Source: the human T2T-CHM13v2.0 reference genome, Homo sapiens
Length of the DNA: 64,000 bases
Assembly: GCF_009914755.1 (NCBI RefSeq)
Contig: NC_060939.1
Reading direction: 5' to 3' (one strand)
In this document: positions 16,001 through 30,489 of the stretch, in pieces
How positions within the stretch are numbered: position 1 is the stretch's first letter
Layout of the letters: every line of letters starts with the position of its first letter
Made by a program: the position numbers and the translations under genes
The notes under the pieces: generated by a model
Seen by the model: the letters and a program-made list of their open reading frames with translations, nothing else
What the model was told of the DNA's origin: nothing
Databases searched by the model: none

Positions 16001-16907
16001 GGAACATTCAAAATTCTCTCTTCTAGCTACTTGAAAATACACAGTAAATTATTGTTAGCGATAGTCACCCTACAGTGCCGCCAAACACTAGACTCCTATC
16101 TTGCTGCAAATTTGATTCCATTAACCAACTCCTCCCCACCCCCTGCTGCATCCTTTTTCTAATGACATGAACATATTCAGTCATTTCATTTCTTTCACTG
16201 GGGTTGGCCCTGTGGCAGCCCACGGGAGGCCAGAGTCCCCTGTGGAGACTGACCAACCCTGAAGGCCAGCCTGGCTCCAGCCAAGTGCTGTCTAGAAGCA
16301 GGAGTCTGTGGTATGTCTGGAAGAGTGACCCAATTCTCTCCGGTCACGGATGAGAGGGCAAGTGGTTTAGCATGGCAATCCTTACAAAGGATCCACAGAG
16401 ACAAGATTCACTCGCGGCCTCCCCAGTGGGCCTCCGGCTCAGATTTCCTGGCCCACCTCAGGCCCGCCCAGTCCAGATCTCAGGGCAGGGCCCTGAAGGC
16501 GCAGTGCAGGAACCTGCCATGGGTGGGACGATTCTTCTCAGCAGGCAAGTTTGGGAAATGAAGATCTACAAATCCCCACTCAATCAGCTCTTCCAGGCTT
16601 GGGAATGGCCTGGGCCTCAGCCCCAGTCTTCTACCCCACCCACTGTGCCTTCCCCAGGCTTCCAGGCGTCCTCTTTTGAAAGGATTTTCAGGTCACAGGC
16701 CTCAGCTGGTCCCTAGCCCTTCCGACTGCCTCTCTGGGACTTCCTCCACCGACCGGGGCTGTCCCAAAGCCTCCTCTGAAGGCTTTCCCTAGGGTGGCTC
16801 TCCTCAATCATCCTGTCACCTCTTTCTTTGCCAAGCTCTTCCAAGGCCCTTAGTGGTTTCTGGGAGGTCTCACACAGAGGGGCTGGAAAAGGGCTCATTA
16901 GCCCAGA

Positions 16908-17580
16908 TCAGCTGTTCTCAAAGCAAGATCCAGGGCCCCCGAGGGTCCCTGAGACCCTTTCAGGGGGTCCTCACGGTCAAAACTATTTTCATAATAATAT
17001 TGACACTTTTTTTTTTTGTATGGGTGATTTTTTTATTTTCATCCTCTCAGGAATTTTCCAGAGACTACTGGCATGGGAGAAAGATCACCTTGATGGCTAA
17101 TGGAACGTGTGCATCTGTATTCTTGTGTTTTATAACTTTTTCTCAGTCTTAATTTCTAATACAATAAATATGGATAGATACAATCCACAATGAGCAAGTT
17201 ATTTGGGGTCCTCAATAACTTTTAAGGGTGTAGGCTGGGCACGGTGGCTTACACCTGTAATCCCAGCACTTTGGGAGGCCAAGGTGGGAGGATCACCTGA
17301 GGTTGGGAGTTCGAGACCAGTGTGACCAACATGGAGAAACCTGGTCTCTACTAAAAATACAAAATTAGCCGGGCGTGGTGGTGCATGCCTTGTAATCCCA
17401 GCTACTCGGGAGGCTGAGGCAGGAGAATCGCTTGAACCCAGGAGGCGGAGGTTGAAGTGAGCCCGAGATCGCGCCACTGCACTCCAGCCTGGGCAACAAG
17501 AGCAAAACTCCACGTAAAAAAAAAAAAAAAAAAAAAGTGTACAGAGATCCTAAGACCAAAAAGTTTGAGAACCACTAGCC
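16908..17580. mobile_element. hAT-Charlie-type DNA transposon fragment interrupted by an Alu
   Basis: cagctgttctcaaa...tttgagaaccactag inverted ends. Confidence 0.55.
17232..17536 (+). mobile_element. AluS
   Basis: Full dimer with A tail. Confidence 0.92.
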
Positions 17581-17639
17581 CAGACGAAGCTCTAACTGAT
17601 GAGAATTACTAATTTGCTATATGAGTGGGGGCTGCCTAT

Positions 17640-18240
17640 GGATGGGGAGGAGATGGGGAGAAAAGAAAGAGCTGGGGGAAGGGGAATGGGGAGGAGATGG
17701 GGAGAAAAGGAAGAGCTGGGGGAAGGGGAATGGGAAGGGAGGAGGAGGGAGGGAGAAACAGCAGAAGGGGAAGGAAGGAGACCAGGAGAGAGGTGGAACA
17801 GGGAGACAGAGGAAGAGGAGATGAGGAATGGGGGAAGATTGAGAAGGGTTAGAAAAAGGAGTCCGGATGAATGAGGAGAGGGGGAGGGGGCAGAGAAGAG
17901 GAAAGAGGAGATAGGAAGGAGAGAGGAGGCGATGGGAGGGAGGGAGGAGGTGATGAGAGGGAGGGAGGAGGGGTGACAGGAGGAAGGGAGGAGGAGATGG
18001 GAGGGAGGAGGAGATGGGAGGGAGGAGGAGATGGGAGGGAGGAGGAGATGGGAGGGAGGAGATGGGAGGGAGGAGGAGGAGATGGGAGGGAGGGAGGAGG
18101 AGATGGGAGGGAGGGAGGGGGAAATGGGAGAGAGGGAGGAGAGAGGGAGGAGGAGGGGAAGGGAAGAGAAAGAGGGAAGATAGGTGGAGGGAGAAGGGAG
18201 GGGGGCAAATAGGAAGGGGACTGAGGAGGACACAGGGAGA
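17640..18240 (+). repeat. Polypurine GA-rich minisatellite (GGGAGGGAGGAGGAGAT-like units; a 44-nt unit twice at the start)
   Basis: About 600 nt that are almost all G/A on +. Confidence 0.9.
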
Positions 18241-19597
18241 AGCTGGGAACTAACCCTTCCTGAAGATGTGCTAAAGGCTGAGGTAGGCACTTTACATATT
18301 TTAGTCCCATCCCATGTTACAAATGGGGAAACTGAGGCTGAGAAAAACTCAGATATTATCATATATTCTGTGACCGTGACAGAGGTGGGTGTGAATGAAG
18401 GCCAGCCCTCTTATGTCACCAAGGCATCCCTCTAACTCACAGAGGAGTCCCAGTATCGGTGGTGCCACCTTTCAGCCAGCTGGCCTGGCAACTATGAGAG
18501 CCCGGGACACAAAGGCCCTTACAACCCTGTGCTGTTTTAAGCCACTTATAACCTAGAGAAGGGTGCAAAGGAGGTAGAAGAGCGGGAAGAGGGCAGTGGC
18601 AACGGGATGCCCACCTCTGGCTCGCCTGGGAGAAGAGGGACGGCTGCCAGGGCCCCACCGGTGAGAGGCTGACCGCGCATTCTAAAGCACTGGACTTGGC
18701 TTCATGTCACAGATATTTCCCATAAATACCCATCACCCACACCTTTCTGCCTGAACTTTCTTTTTTCTGGCCCAGGAGGGGGCTGCCCAAGGCTCTACAC
18801 CCCTGGGGGCCCATCTGTTTGGCCCCTTCACCACAATTGGTTTGGTAGGTTTATCCCCAAGTCCTCTGGAAAAAAGAAAAGCTGATTATAAAATGCACTC
18901 AGCATTATTTTCAATCTGCAAAATACAATCTATCCCATGGAGCTTACCCCTGAGTCTCCACATGCTGTCACATAGTCCAAATCAAGTATCTCATCAGCAA
19001 ATCCCGACAGCACCCACTGCGAGAGCGCATGCTCACAGCGAAGGAGGCTTCCTGCCCATGCGGGGAGTGGAAGCATTCTCTGGAATACTTTCCCTGGGCC
19101 CTTAAAGTGGCTTTTTGGATTGGAAAGTCACAGTCTACTTTGCACATATCCTGAAGATGCTCTCCACCTCTCCAAACATGGAACCTGGAATGTGCTTCCC
19201 TGGGCCACCTTTCCTTCCTTTCTCGTGCCTTCCTGCACTTCTGGGAGCCGGAAGGCACAGTGCAGAGACAAAAAAAAAAATGGCTGTGGGAGAGAGGGTT
19301 GGGGATGCCACCACAAGGAGGCCAGCTGCACCAGGGGCCACTGTGGGACATTCTGGAGCAGAGCTCAGGAATCCCATGGTGCCCTGACCCCTTCAGCACC
19401 TGGCAGGAGCTGGCCAGACACTGGGCCCATTTCCTGAGCCCCTGCCCAGACTGGAATCTACTGGGACTAAAAAGCACTCTCTCTGGGCTCCCTGGAGGAA
19501 GGCAGAGGCCCTTCATTTTTCTCTCTCTACCCCAGACCCCAGTGTACAATAAAACCACCAGTAACTGCTCTGCAAATGATCAAATATAATTATTATG

Positions 19598-19603
19598 TTT
19601 ATT
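19598..19603 (-). terminator. GNB5: Candidate GNB5 poly(A) signal AATAAA (about 1.8 kb UTR); another at 19982-19987
   Basis: tttatt on +, downstream of the stop on the minus strand. Confidence 0.6.
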
Positions 19604-20260
19604 TGAAGTGAGATGATGGAAAAGATGGCCTGGCTGATTTTGGACCGAGTGGCCCATCACGATACCTGAACAAGCAGTTGTGAGGGTGGGCCTGGCACAC
19701 CCCTGGATGTTTACAGGAGCATCTGGTCCAGTCCTGTCTTATGGCTGTGCCCAGCTCCAGCTCTCGAAGAGTCTCTCTGAGGAGCAGGGCCTGGAGCTGG
19801 GCCTGCAAAGCCAGAGCTACCACTAGAAGAAGGGCTGGGCTGGAGCAGGGCCAGGAAAGGAGACCTGTCCAGGGGACAAGGTGCACGCAGCCTTCAGGTG
19901 CAGCCAGAACCTGCCGGCAGACCCCAGGCCACCGACGAGGCAGGCCTCACCAGGAATGACACCTGGTGTCTGAGGTGACCTTTTATTCCCCTAGGTGCAT
20001 GCCATCTTTTTAAGTGAGAAGTTTTCTAAAGCAAAGAATAAGCATCTACATCTTACAAAAAAACAAAAAAAGGAAAAGAAGGGATCCTATAACAAAAAGC
20101 ACTTCCTTCTTCTAGAAGGAATTCTGAGTCTCAAATAAAGAGAAGATCTTCTTTTAATATCGTTTTTCTTTCTATGTAAGAGGAGCAGACGTTATTATTC
20201 ATGACTATCAATCAATCTGCATATGTAATTATAATTGCAATGCAATACATATGAATATAA

Positions 20261-20541
20261 TTTTTTTTTTTTTTTGAGACGGAGTCTCGCTTTGTCACCC
20301 AGGCTGCAGTGGCTCGACCTCGGCTCACTGCAAGCTCCACCTCCCGGGTTCACGCCATTCTCCTGCCTCAGCCTCTCCGAGTAGCTGGGACTACAGGCGC
20401 CCGCCACCACGCCCGGCTAATTTTTTGTATTTTTTAGTAGAGACAGGGTTTCACCGTGGTCTCGAACTCCTGACCTCGTGATCCGCCCGCCTCGGCCTCC
20501 CAAAGTGCTGGGATTACAAGCGTGAGCCACCGCGCCCGGCC
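20261..20541 (-). mobile_element. AluY-type copy in GNB5 3' UTR
   Basis: TSD atgaatataat. Confidence 0.92.
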
Positions 20542-21406
20542 ATGAATATAATTTATATGGACAAGATTCACTTTAACCTAAGTGTTTCCACTAATTCTAC
20601 TAATAGGTTTTTAAATAAGTTTACTATCTTGTGTTCCCACACAGAAGACTTTTCTTTGCTCTCAGAAGCATTTGTTTACAAACACCATTGGCTTTCCCTT
20701 CAATTCAGAGAAAACGCCCTGTCCAAGTGGCACAGTGACATCATCATCATCCATGAGTCAAACCACCTGTCCTTTTTAGGCATTTCTCTGCGTCATTTAC
20801 AGCAGTTCACCATAGACAAAAATGTTGTATCTGAAAAAAGACAATAGAACAGGAAGCTGAAAAAGATACTTTTACAATAAAAACACATTCTAAAAAAATG
20901 ATTTTTGTCTAATTACATTTGGAATTGGAATTTGCTTCTATCACAGACCAGTCACCAGTCCTCAGTCCATAAAATCAGCACTTCCAGAGGAAGGTTCCAG
21001 GCATCACAGTGCACATCGAGAAATATCAGACTTTAAAGTGCTCTGAAAATGAATTGATTCAAAGAAATAATATGGAATATATTAACTGCTGAATTCTACT
21101 GGTGACAGAATGAGTTGAGGCTACTATAATTTAGAATAACCTTAAAAACAGATACATTTTAAAAAGTGTTCCAAAAGAAAAATACTGTACTTGAAGGTAT
21201 TCTCGCAGTGCTGAAGGCTCACACTAGTGTATTTCCAGAGGTGACAGTTTTAATAGTCATATTGGAGACGCTTAGTGACCTGTGAGCCATGGGTTGCTCC
21301 CCTAAGCTACACTGCAATAAACTCTAAGCTCCTCTAGAAGTAATATCTATTTACATGTGAAGATTTCAAATTCTCAGGTATACATGAGTGCACTGTCAGA
21401 AGATGA

Positions 21407-21418
21407 TTAGGCCCAGAC
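21407..21418 (-). CDS. GNB5: GNB5 last exon coding part: VWA*
   Basis: tcacag|GTC TGG GCC TAA completes the Gbeta5 C-terminus. Confidence 0.93.
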   Translation of the reverse strand, partial: VWA

Positions 21419-22171
21419 CTGTGAAGACACAAACAGATAGTTTTTAGACCTTTGTAGTTAACAACTTATAAAACTTGAGCTTAAAGAGATAAAATTAGTC
21501 TATTCACACACATGCATGGGCATACATATATGTGTGTGTACACACACACACACACAAACATACACACTCCATCCAAAATAGGGTGCTCATGTGCCTTAGA
21601 AGGATAACACTGTACTCCTAGCAATGCAAAGGTGCTTCTTTGGACCTGATCTTCTCCTCCCTTAGTTAATTGTCTGTGGGGCATCTGCAGCCTCCTTACG
21701 GGCCTAGCTACTCTTCCAGATTGACAACCAAAACCATTTGAACCCATACAGCTCACCATATACATTAACATGACTACTCACTTAGGACACTCTTACCCAG
21801 GAAGATGAACTCACAGATAACTTTTTTATTTGTTTCAGGAATTTTGCAAAAATCCTTTTCTCTATCCTAACACTAGACTACTCAACTTACCCTCTTTAGA
21901 AAACACACCCATGTCTCAGGACAATATAGAGCATCAAATGACTATTTAGTTTTAAAGGGTTTGTTCGAAACCCTCCCCCACCCCTGCATCCAGCAATCCT
22001 AAAACTATTATGCCACAAAGTTGTCCAATCCTAATTAAGTGCCCCCCAACAAAGACCTGCCTTAAACCAGACCAAAAAAACCTCATGCATGCCTTTGTCA
22101 TCCTCTTCTGAGATGCCACTACACCTCTACCAATTCTTGATGTTCCACACTGAGGTAAGCAATAAATTTAG

Positions 22172-22556
<385 letters not shown>

Positions 22557-23070
22557 TGAGAATTTAATGAAAGCCACGAGGACAAAAGGCATACACCCCA
22601 AATTTGGCATATAATTTCAGGGGCTTCATTTCCAAGATTAAGCTATAGAAAAACCAAAAAAAAAAAAAAAAAAAAAGGAAGAAAAAAGTAATAATTTCAG
22701 GGGCTTCACAGCCTCCTGGATTTGTGACCCTTGTCATCACAAGGTCAATAATCGTAATAAGAACCCTATACTATAGGAGGAGAGACTGGTTATCTGTGGT
22801 TTGCCAAAGGCTAGAATCACAAGAATCAGACTTTTAGGGTCAAAAGGAACTTTCTGGATGATCAAGCCTAACTATTCCCTCACCTACAGGCTGATACGCA
22901 GTTGTCGAATCTGTGCGAGAATACCTGCACTGATGCAGCACTCGCTACCTCTCCAGGCAACCCATTCCCTCTGTGGCTGTGGGCAGAGTGGAAATGAGAG
23001 CTCGGCGAGGCTGACCAGGCCCACCTGAGCTTACTCTGATAGCCTTCCCTCTGCTTCAGAAGGCCTGTCA

Positions 23071-23355
<285 letters not shown>

Positions 23356-23823
23356 TTACTCACTCATTCAGTAAGCAGTGATTCAGGCGCACTGAGTCCT
23401 AGGCACTGTGCTTTGCCTCAAGGATTCAAAGGGGAGAAAGCACAGTCCCTGTCCCTGTTGGAGGATGTGGGGCTGAAAGGAACAGATCACTGTAGCATCC
23501 CATGGTAACAGCCATAATGCAAGTGCTTTACACACGTAAAGTGCTATGGGACCAGAGAGGAAGGGGGATTAAGGAGGGCACTGCAGACACAAGTAAATTA
23601 TTTTTAGTCATTTGCTAGTTAACAACTTGTAAAACTTGTTTAAAGAGAGAAAGTTAAAGTGACATTTGAGTTGGCTCTTGAGGGTTGAATCGGAGTCTGT
23701 CATGCAGAGAAGGCAGGGAAAAGATGTTCCAGGCAGTAGCAGGAACTTCACGTGCAGTTAGTCTAGGGATGTGTCTGGGGAAATGGAGTGGTCCAGGTAG
23801 CCAGCCTGTTACCTCTGCTTTAA

Positions 23824-24058
<235 letters not shown>

Positions 24059-24561
24059 TAGCTGGGATTACAGGCATGCGCCACCATGCCCAACCAATTT
24101 TTGTATTTTTATTAGAGACAAGGTTTCACCATGTTGGCCAGGCTGGTTTTGAACTCCTGACCTCAAGTGATCGCCTGTCTCGGCCTCCCAAAGTGCTGGG
24201 ATTACAGGCGTGAGCCACAGTATCCCACCAAGAAGGGACTCTTGCTTCACCTCCACCTTACAGAAAAGTTCCCTTTGGGGCATGAAGAGAAGCAAAGGCT
24301 GGGGAGAAAATGCCTGAGAGCATTGTGGAAGTGAATTTCTGACACTTCATTGCCTTGAAGGACAGCATTAGGTGGGTACACAGCCTTCATTTCCCCCTGG
24401 AGTGAAGTTGCCTGGGGCAGGACAAAGTGGGAGGTCAGAAGCTCAGAGGAGGAAAACTGGTGCAAATATGGATGATTTCGCATACTGGTCCACAGGAAGC
24501 TCAGTTGATGAAAAGGAACTGAGCGATGATGGAGCGCTAGTTTCATTCTGGTCCTGTCTTA

Positions 24562-24720
<159 letters not shown>

Positions 24721-25572
24721 TTACTTCTGGCTTCAGTTTGGTGACGTGATGACCACAGAGCTACAGGTAGGTGCTAGTGACTTGCGTAGTTTAAAAGATG
24801 AAGGAAAAACTTCTTAGTTTTCCCTACTGTTATTTCATCCTTTAGTCCCGACTCCTGTTAATTTCTATGAGTCAGTAAAGAGTCCTGATTCCTATTAATC
24901 TCTATGAGTCAGTAAAGAAACGGCAAATACAGCAAATTTCTTCAGGTATAAAAACAAAATGAGACCCCACTTTTTTTTCTGATAAAGGACACATGTTCAC
25001 TGTAGAAAATTTGGAAATATTCAAAAATGTAAACAGAAGGAAATGAAGGTCACCCTAAATCCTAGAGGTATTTACTAATTCTCAGCTGTTTCCTTCAGTC
25101 TTATTTGTATTTTATGTGTGTATCTGAATGGGTTGGATGTTTCATTATTGCTTTTATTAACATTAGGTTATACGTCCTTTCTCATATCATTAAAAGAGAA
25201 CTTCAAAAAACATTATGTACATAGTTATTGAATATATCAGAATCTATTTAGCCAAACCCTGTTGTTTTGGTTGTGTTTAATTTTTCTTTTTTATAAATAA
25301 TATTATGATGACTATTCTTATATAAAAATCTTTACATGTGTTTCTGGTTTCCTTAGACTAGGTTTCCTTAGACTAGGTTAAGAAATAGAATCCTTAGAAG
25401 AGTTATCAGGAAATAGCATGACCAGATCAGAAGTAGAGATGTTTTATTGTATATTTTATTTTGAAATGGAATTTCGCTCGTCACCCAGGCTGGAGTGCAA
25501 TGGCGCTATCTTGGCTCACTGCAACCTCTGCCTCCCCAGGGTTCAAACGATTCTCCTGCCTAAGCCTCCTGA

Positions 25573-25872
<300 letters not shown>

Positions 25873-26844
25873 TAATCCTAGTGGCAAAATGGGCATCCGA
25901 TGACTTAAAACTTAAAACATGCAATTCTTTGATTATAGGTGACTTTGAAAATATTTTCAGGTGTTTACTTGCCATTGTGGATTCACTGCTTTGTAAATGA
26001 CCTGCATTTTACCCTCTTCTTTAATTGGAGTGTTCATTTTATTGTTTATGTAACTCCATTCGTATCTACAGGATTTCAACTTGGTCTGTACTGTATGTGG
26101 CAAGAATTTTTCCATATATATTTGTTATAATTATATTTTGTTATAATTTTGTTACAATATATTTCCATATATATTTTGTTATGTATCTTTGATATACAGA
26201 AGTTTTAAATTTTCATTATTTCAAAACTCTCAATCTATTCTTTTGTAATTTGTTTAGCAGAAAATTAGAATGAAAACCATTACTTCATAAGATATTTGAT
26301 ATTTTGAAGGCAACAAGAAAATATTTTTTTCTCTTGAAAATAATTTGGCAATCAGTATCAAAAGCCTTAAAACTGGGTCTATTTATGGCTCAGCAAGTTA
26401 TGTCTGAGAATGCTAAGGAAATGATGAGAGGTACAAAAACACTTATAGTAGTGTTTTTAACAGAAAAAAAAAAAAACCTTGAGAAAAGCCAAATGTCCAA
26501 AAATTGAAGACGAATGTCACGTTCATAACATGGAATACTACTCAATCACTAAGAAAATATAATGGAGAGAAATATTTACCAGCCTGGGAAAATGTTCACA
26601 TTCTGTTAAGTGAAAATGCCAAATTATAAAGCATTTTGTTTGTTAAAAAGAAAAAAAGACAGAAAGGAATTCATCCAACTATGATTTTTCTTGGGTAAGG
26701 AGATCAAGGTAATTTAATATTCCCCTAAATTTTCTTTATTGAATACTCGTTACTTCTGTAACCAGAAAAATAGTTATTTTCTTAAAATAAGTTAGCAGAT
26801 CCCTCTATTGACTAGGAAAAGCTCTCAAAAACTTAGAAACATAC

Positions 26845-26893
26845 CGTAGCGTCATCTGACCCTGAAGCAAAGGCATCTCCACTGGGGTAGTAC
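26845..26893 (-). CDS. GNB5: GNB5 exon 10 (49 nt): YYPSGDAFASGSDDAT
   Basis: ctgcag|G TAC ... ACG|gtatgt. Confidence 0.95.
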
Positions 26894-27204
26894 CTGCAGA
26901 GAGAAAGTACTTTATCTACGGTTGTGACTCCTGACCCTGGATGCCCATCAGAACCATGCTAGGCCCTTGGAATCAGAATCTCTATTTCTAGGGACTCAAG
27001 GAACATTTGCAGCAGAAGACGGAAGAGGAAGCTCCTATGTCAGGCCCACTGATCTCTAGTTTTCTTCCCTGTTAGTGGGGGACAGTGACACTGGCCTTGC
27101 AGAGTGAGATAATATGTGTTGATATCAGGCACAGAACACAGAGTAGACCCCCTATAAATATAGTTTCCCTCAATCACATATCTAATTCCTAAGACTTGGC
27201 CCAG

Positions 27205-27462
27205 AGCTCAGGGATAAGAAAGTGGTTATGAGCACAGACACTGAATCAGACGCACAAAGCCACATTGGATGTCTGCACTGACCATTTACTACCTGCGATA
27301 CTTTTGGCAAATGACTTCCTCTTGCCCAGCCTCAGTTTCCTCATCTGAAAAGTGAGAGTAATAATGCATATTTTCTGCTGTGAAGATTACATAAGACAGT
27401 CCATGCAAAGAATCTGGCATGGTGCCAATTAAATCACATTCAATAAATGATAATTATTACTG
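27205..27462 (+). mobile_element. MIR (others at about 30-130, 13990-14160, 38140-38360, 53110-53220)
   Basis: Core cctcagtttcctcatctgaaaagtgagagtaata. Confidence 0.7.
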
Positions 27463-27532
27463 CTATAGTCATTGTCTTCTCAATGATTAGTGAGAAATAT
27501 GGGCCCTAAATTATAAGCCAGAGGCAGAATGA

Positions 27533-27817
<285 letters not shown>

Positions 27818-29408
27818 TAGTCTTGAACTCCTGACCTCAAGTGATCCACCTTCCTAGGCCTCCCAAAGTGCTGGGATTACAGGCGTGAGTCACCGCACCC
27901 ACGCTGTTTCTCCTTTCTCGTACCAGTGACCTACCCTATAGTTCCACAAAAGCCGCAGGAGGAGGAGTCCTTTTAAAACATTATTTATTCCTCCTACCAG
28001 CGGGAGGTGAGAGTCAAAACATTTGGCAAAGGAGAGGGAAGCTTGACTTTGTGTGACTAACTTACATTGGCCTGAAAGACGGGGATGGAGAATTGAAAAG
28101 CTGGATGACAGATGTTAACCATTTTCAGCTCTGCCCCAGTCAGTCCATCACAGTGTGGGCACATTATATTTTTGAAAGCATTATGAATTCATGGAGTATC
28201 TGACGCATCCATATTCCAATGTCAAAATGATTTCTAGATTAAATACCATTTGGGGCCACATGGGCTATGATTTCCTTCTGCTGGTAGGAAGTTCAGGGAC
28301 CAAGTGTATTATCTTCCAGGTAATACATAGATTATCTGGAAGAGACCTTTTGTGCCCCCAGTGTCCCCTCTCTCTGTCTCCTATAGCTATGGTTAAATAA
28401 AAGCAGGATTTTTTGAATGGCACTAAACCCAGGGGGTGCTACTGGAATTCAGTGGCTAGGCCATAGGGATGGTAAATGTCTTACATGGAACATTCCCTTA
28501 CAATGAAGAAATGTCCTTCCCAAAATGCTAATACTGAACCCCATTGAGAAACACTAGTTCGTTTTGTTTTGTTTTTCCTGGGCAGGTGGCAGAATGAAAA
28601 CTATATTTCTAGTCTTCCTGTAGCCAGATGTGGCCATGTGATCATGTTCTGGCTAATGGGATGCAGGCAGAAGTGATAAGCGCAACTCTCCTCTACCAAC
28701 CAGCTGGAAAGAAGGCATGGTGGTAGGCCAGTGGGGGCAGGAGACTGAGCACCATCCTAGGAAATGGGTTGCGAAGACAGAATGAGCTATCGTAGCAGCT
28801 CAGATTTTAAGGTGAGAACAAACTCCCATCTGGTTTAAGTCACTGTGATTTGGGCTTCTCTCATACAAGCCCATGTCCTAATTAATTCAGTGTATAACCA
28901 AGGGCATGCTAAGAGAATAATGACAACGCTCAGTATAACCTCAGCCTTGGGTGGACATGGTAGCCAGTGTTCGCCCTGGAAGAAAATCAAAAGGCACCCT
29001 GAACATGGCCCACTGAATCAGTCCCTGTAGCATCCGTCACAGAAGTCTCAGCGTCAGTTTACACCATTCCATAAAATAACTTAATTGAAACTGCATTCAC
29101 TGTATATAGAAAAATGGCCATTTAAAATTTTAAGTTACAGTGTTCCCTATCAATCAAGAATTGGGTTTATGTCTCCATTTATCAACATCTTCTTTTATTT
29201 CTGCCATTAAGAATTCATAAATACTTTAAAAAGTTTGGTTACCACCATAACATTTTCTCTCTGTCTCTCTCTCTGACTTCCTCAGTGCAGGAGATCGATG
29301 AGTAAACTGGCCATGCAGTGTGGTCTCCCTCACACAGGAGGGCACCTAACTCAGCCCTGGAAACCAGGGGGGCTTTCTGGACAGAGGGAAGCCTAAGTTG
29401 AAAACTGA

Positions 29409-29706
<298 letters not shown>

Positions 29707-29796
29707 TAAAGTGATCCGCCCACCTCGGCCTCCCAAAGTGCTGGGATTACAGGCGTGAGCCACGGTGCCCAGCTGAGTGTGTGCATTTTAAAGCTG

Positions 29797-30178
29797 TACA
29801 TTGGCCCTCCATAGCCATGGATTCCACACTCATGGATAAAATCAACTGCAGATTAAAAATATTCTAAAAAAGAAAAAGGAATGTTGCATCTGTACTGAAC
29901 CTTTTTTCTTGTCATTATTCTCCAAACAATACAGTCTAATAACTATTTACATCGCATTTACACTTACTAGATATTGTAAGTAATTGAGAGATGATTTAAA
30001 GTACACGGGAGAATGTGCATAGGCTATATGCAAATACTATACCACTTTAATTTTATTATTTATTTATTTTTATAACTTCAGCATACCCTGAGAAAATACT
30101 ACATCATTTTATGTAGGATTCTGGTATCTGAGGGAGGTCCTGGAACCAATCTCCCACAGATACCAAGGAATGACTGTA
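29797..30178 (-). mobile_element. Tigger-derived MITE (MER2-like)
   Basis: Terminal and internal motifs such as ttgtcattattctccaaacaatacag and ggtcctggaaccaatc. Confidence 0.72.
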
Positions 30179-30489
30179 CTTTATTAATACACAGGGGCTT
30201 ATTTTTGTGGCTTTATCTTCTATCTTGCATTTTACTAACTTCAATTACTATCTGTAGTAATTTTCAGATTGATTTCTTTTGATTTTCTAGGTAATTACTG
30301 CACAGTTACAATAAGTGAGTCTTTTTTTCTTTTTTCCTTATCCCACATTTGAGGGCAAGAAGTACTAAAGTAAGCAAGTATTCTTTTTTGTTCTTGTTTT
30401 TAAGAGAAATAATTCTCGTGTTTTCCCACTAAGTATAATGAAGATTCTTGGGAGTTCTGAGTATAATGAAAATACTTTATAAACTGTCT

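Noticed and set aside
17592-18362. 256-aa Pro/Ser-rich ORF and overlapping Gly/Glu-rich ORFs
   Set aside because: Translation artefacts of the GA-rich minisatellite.
18968-19558. 196-aa minus-strand ORF past the proximal GNB5 poly(A) region
   Set aside because: Non-ATG start in the track and no homology; most likely chance.
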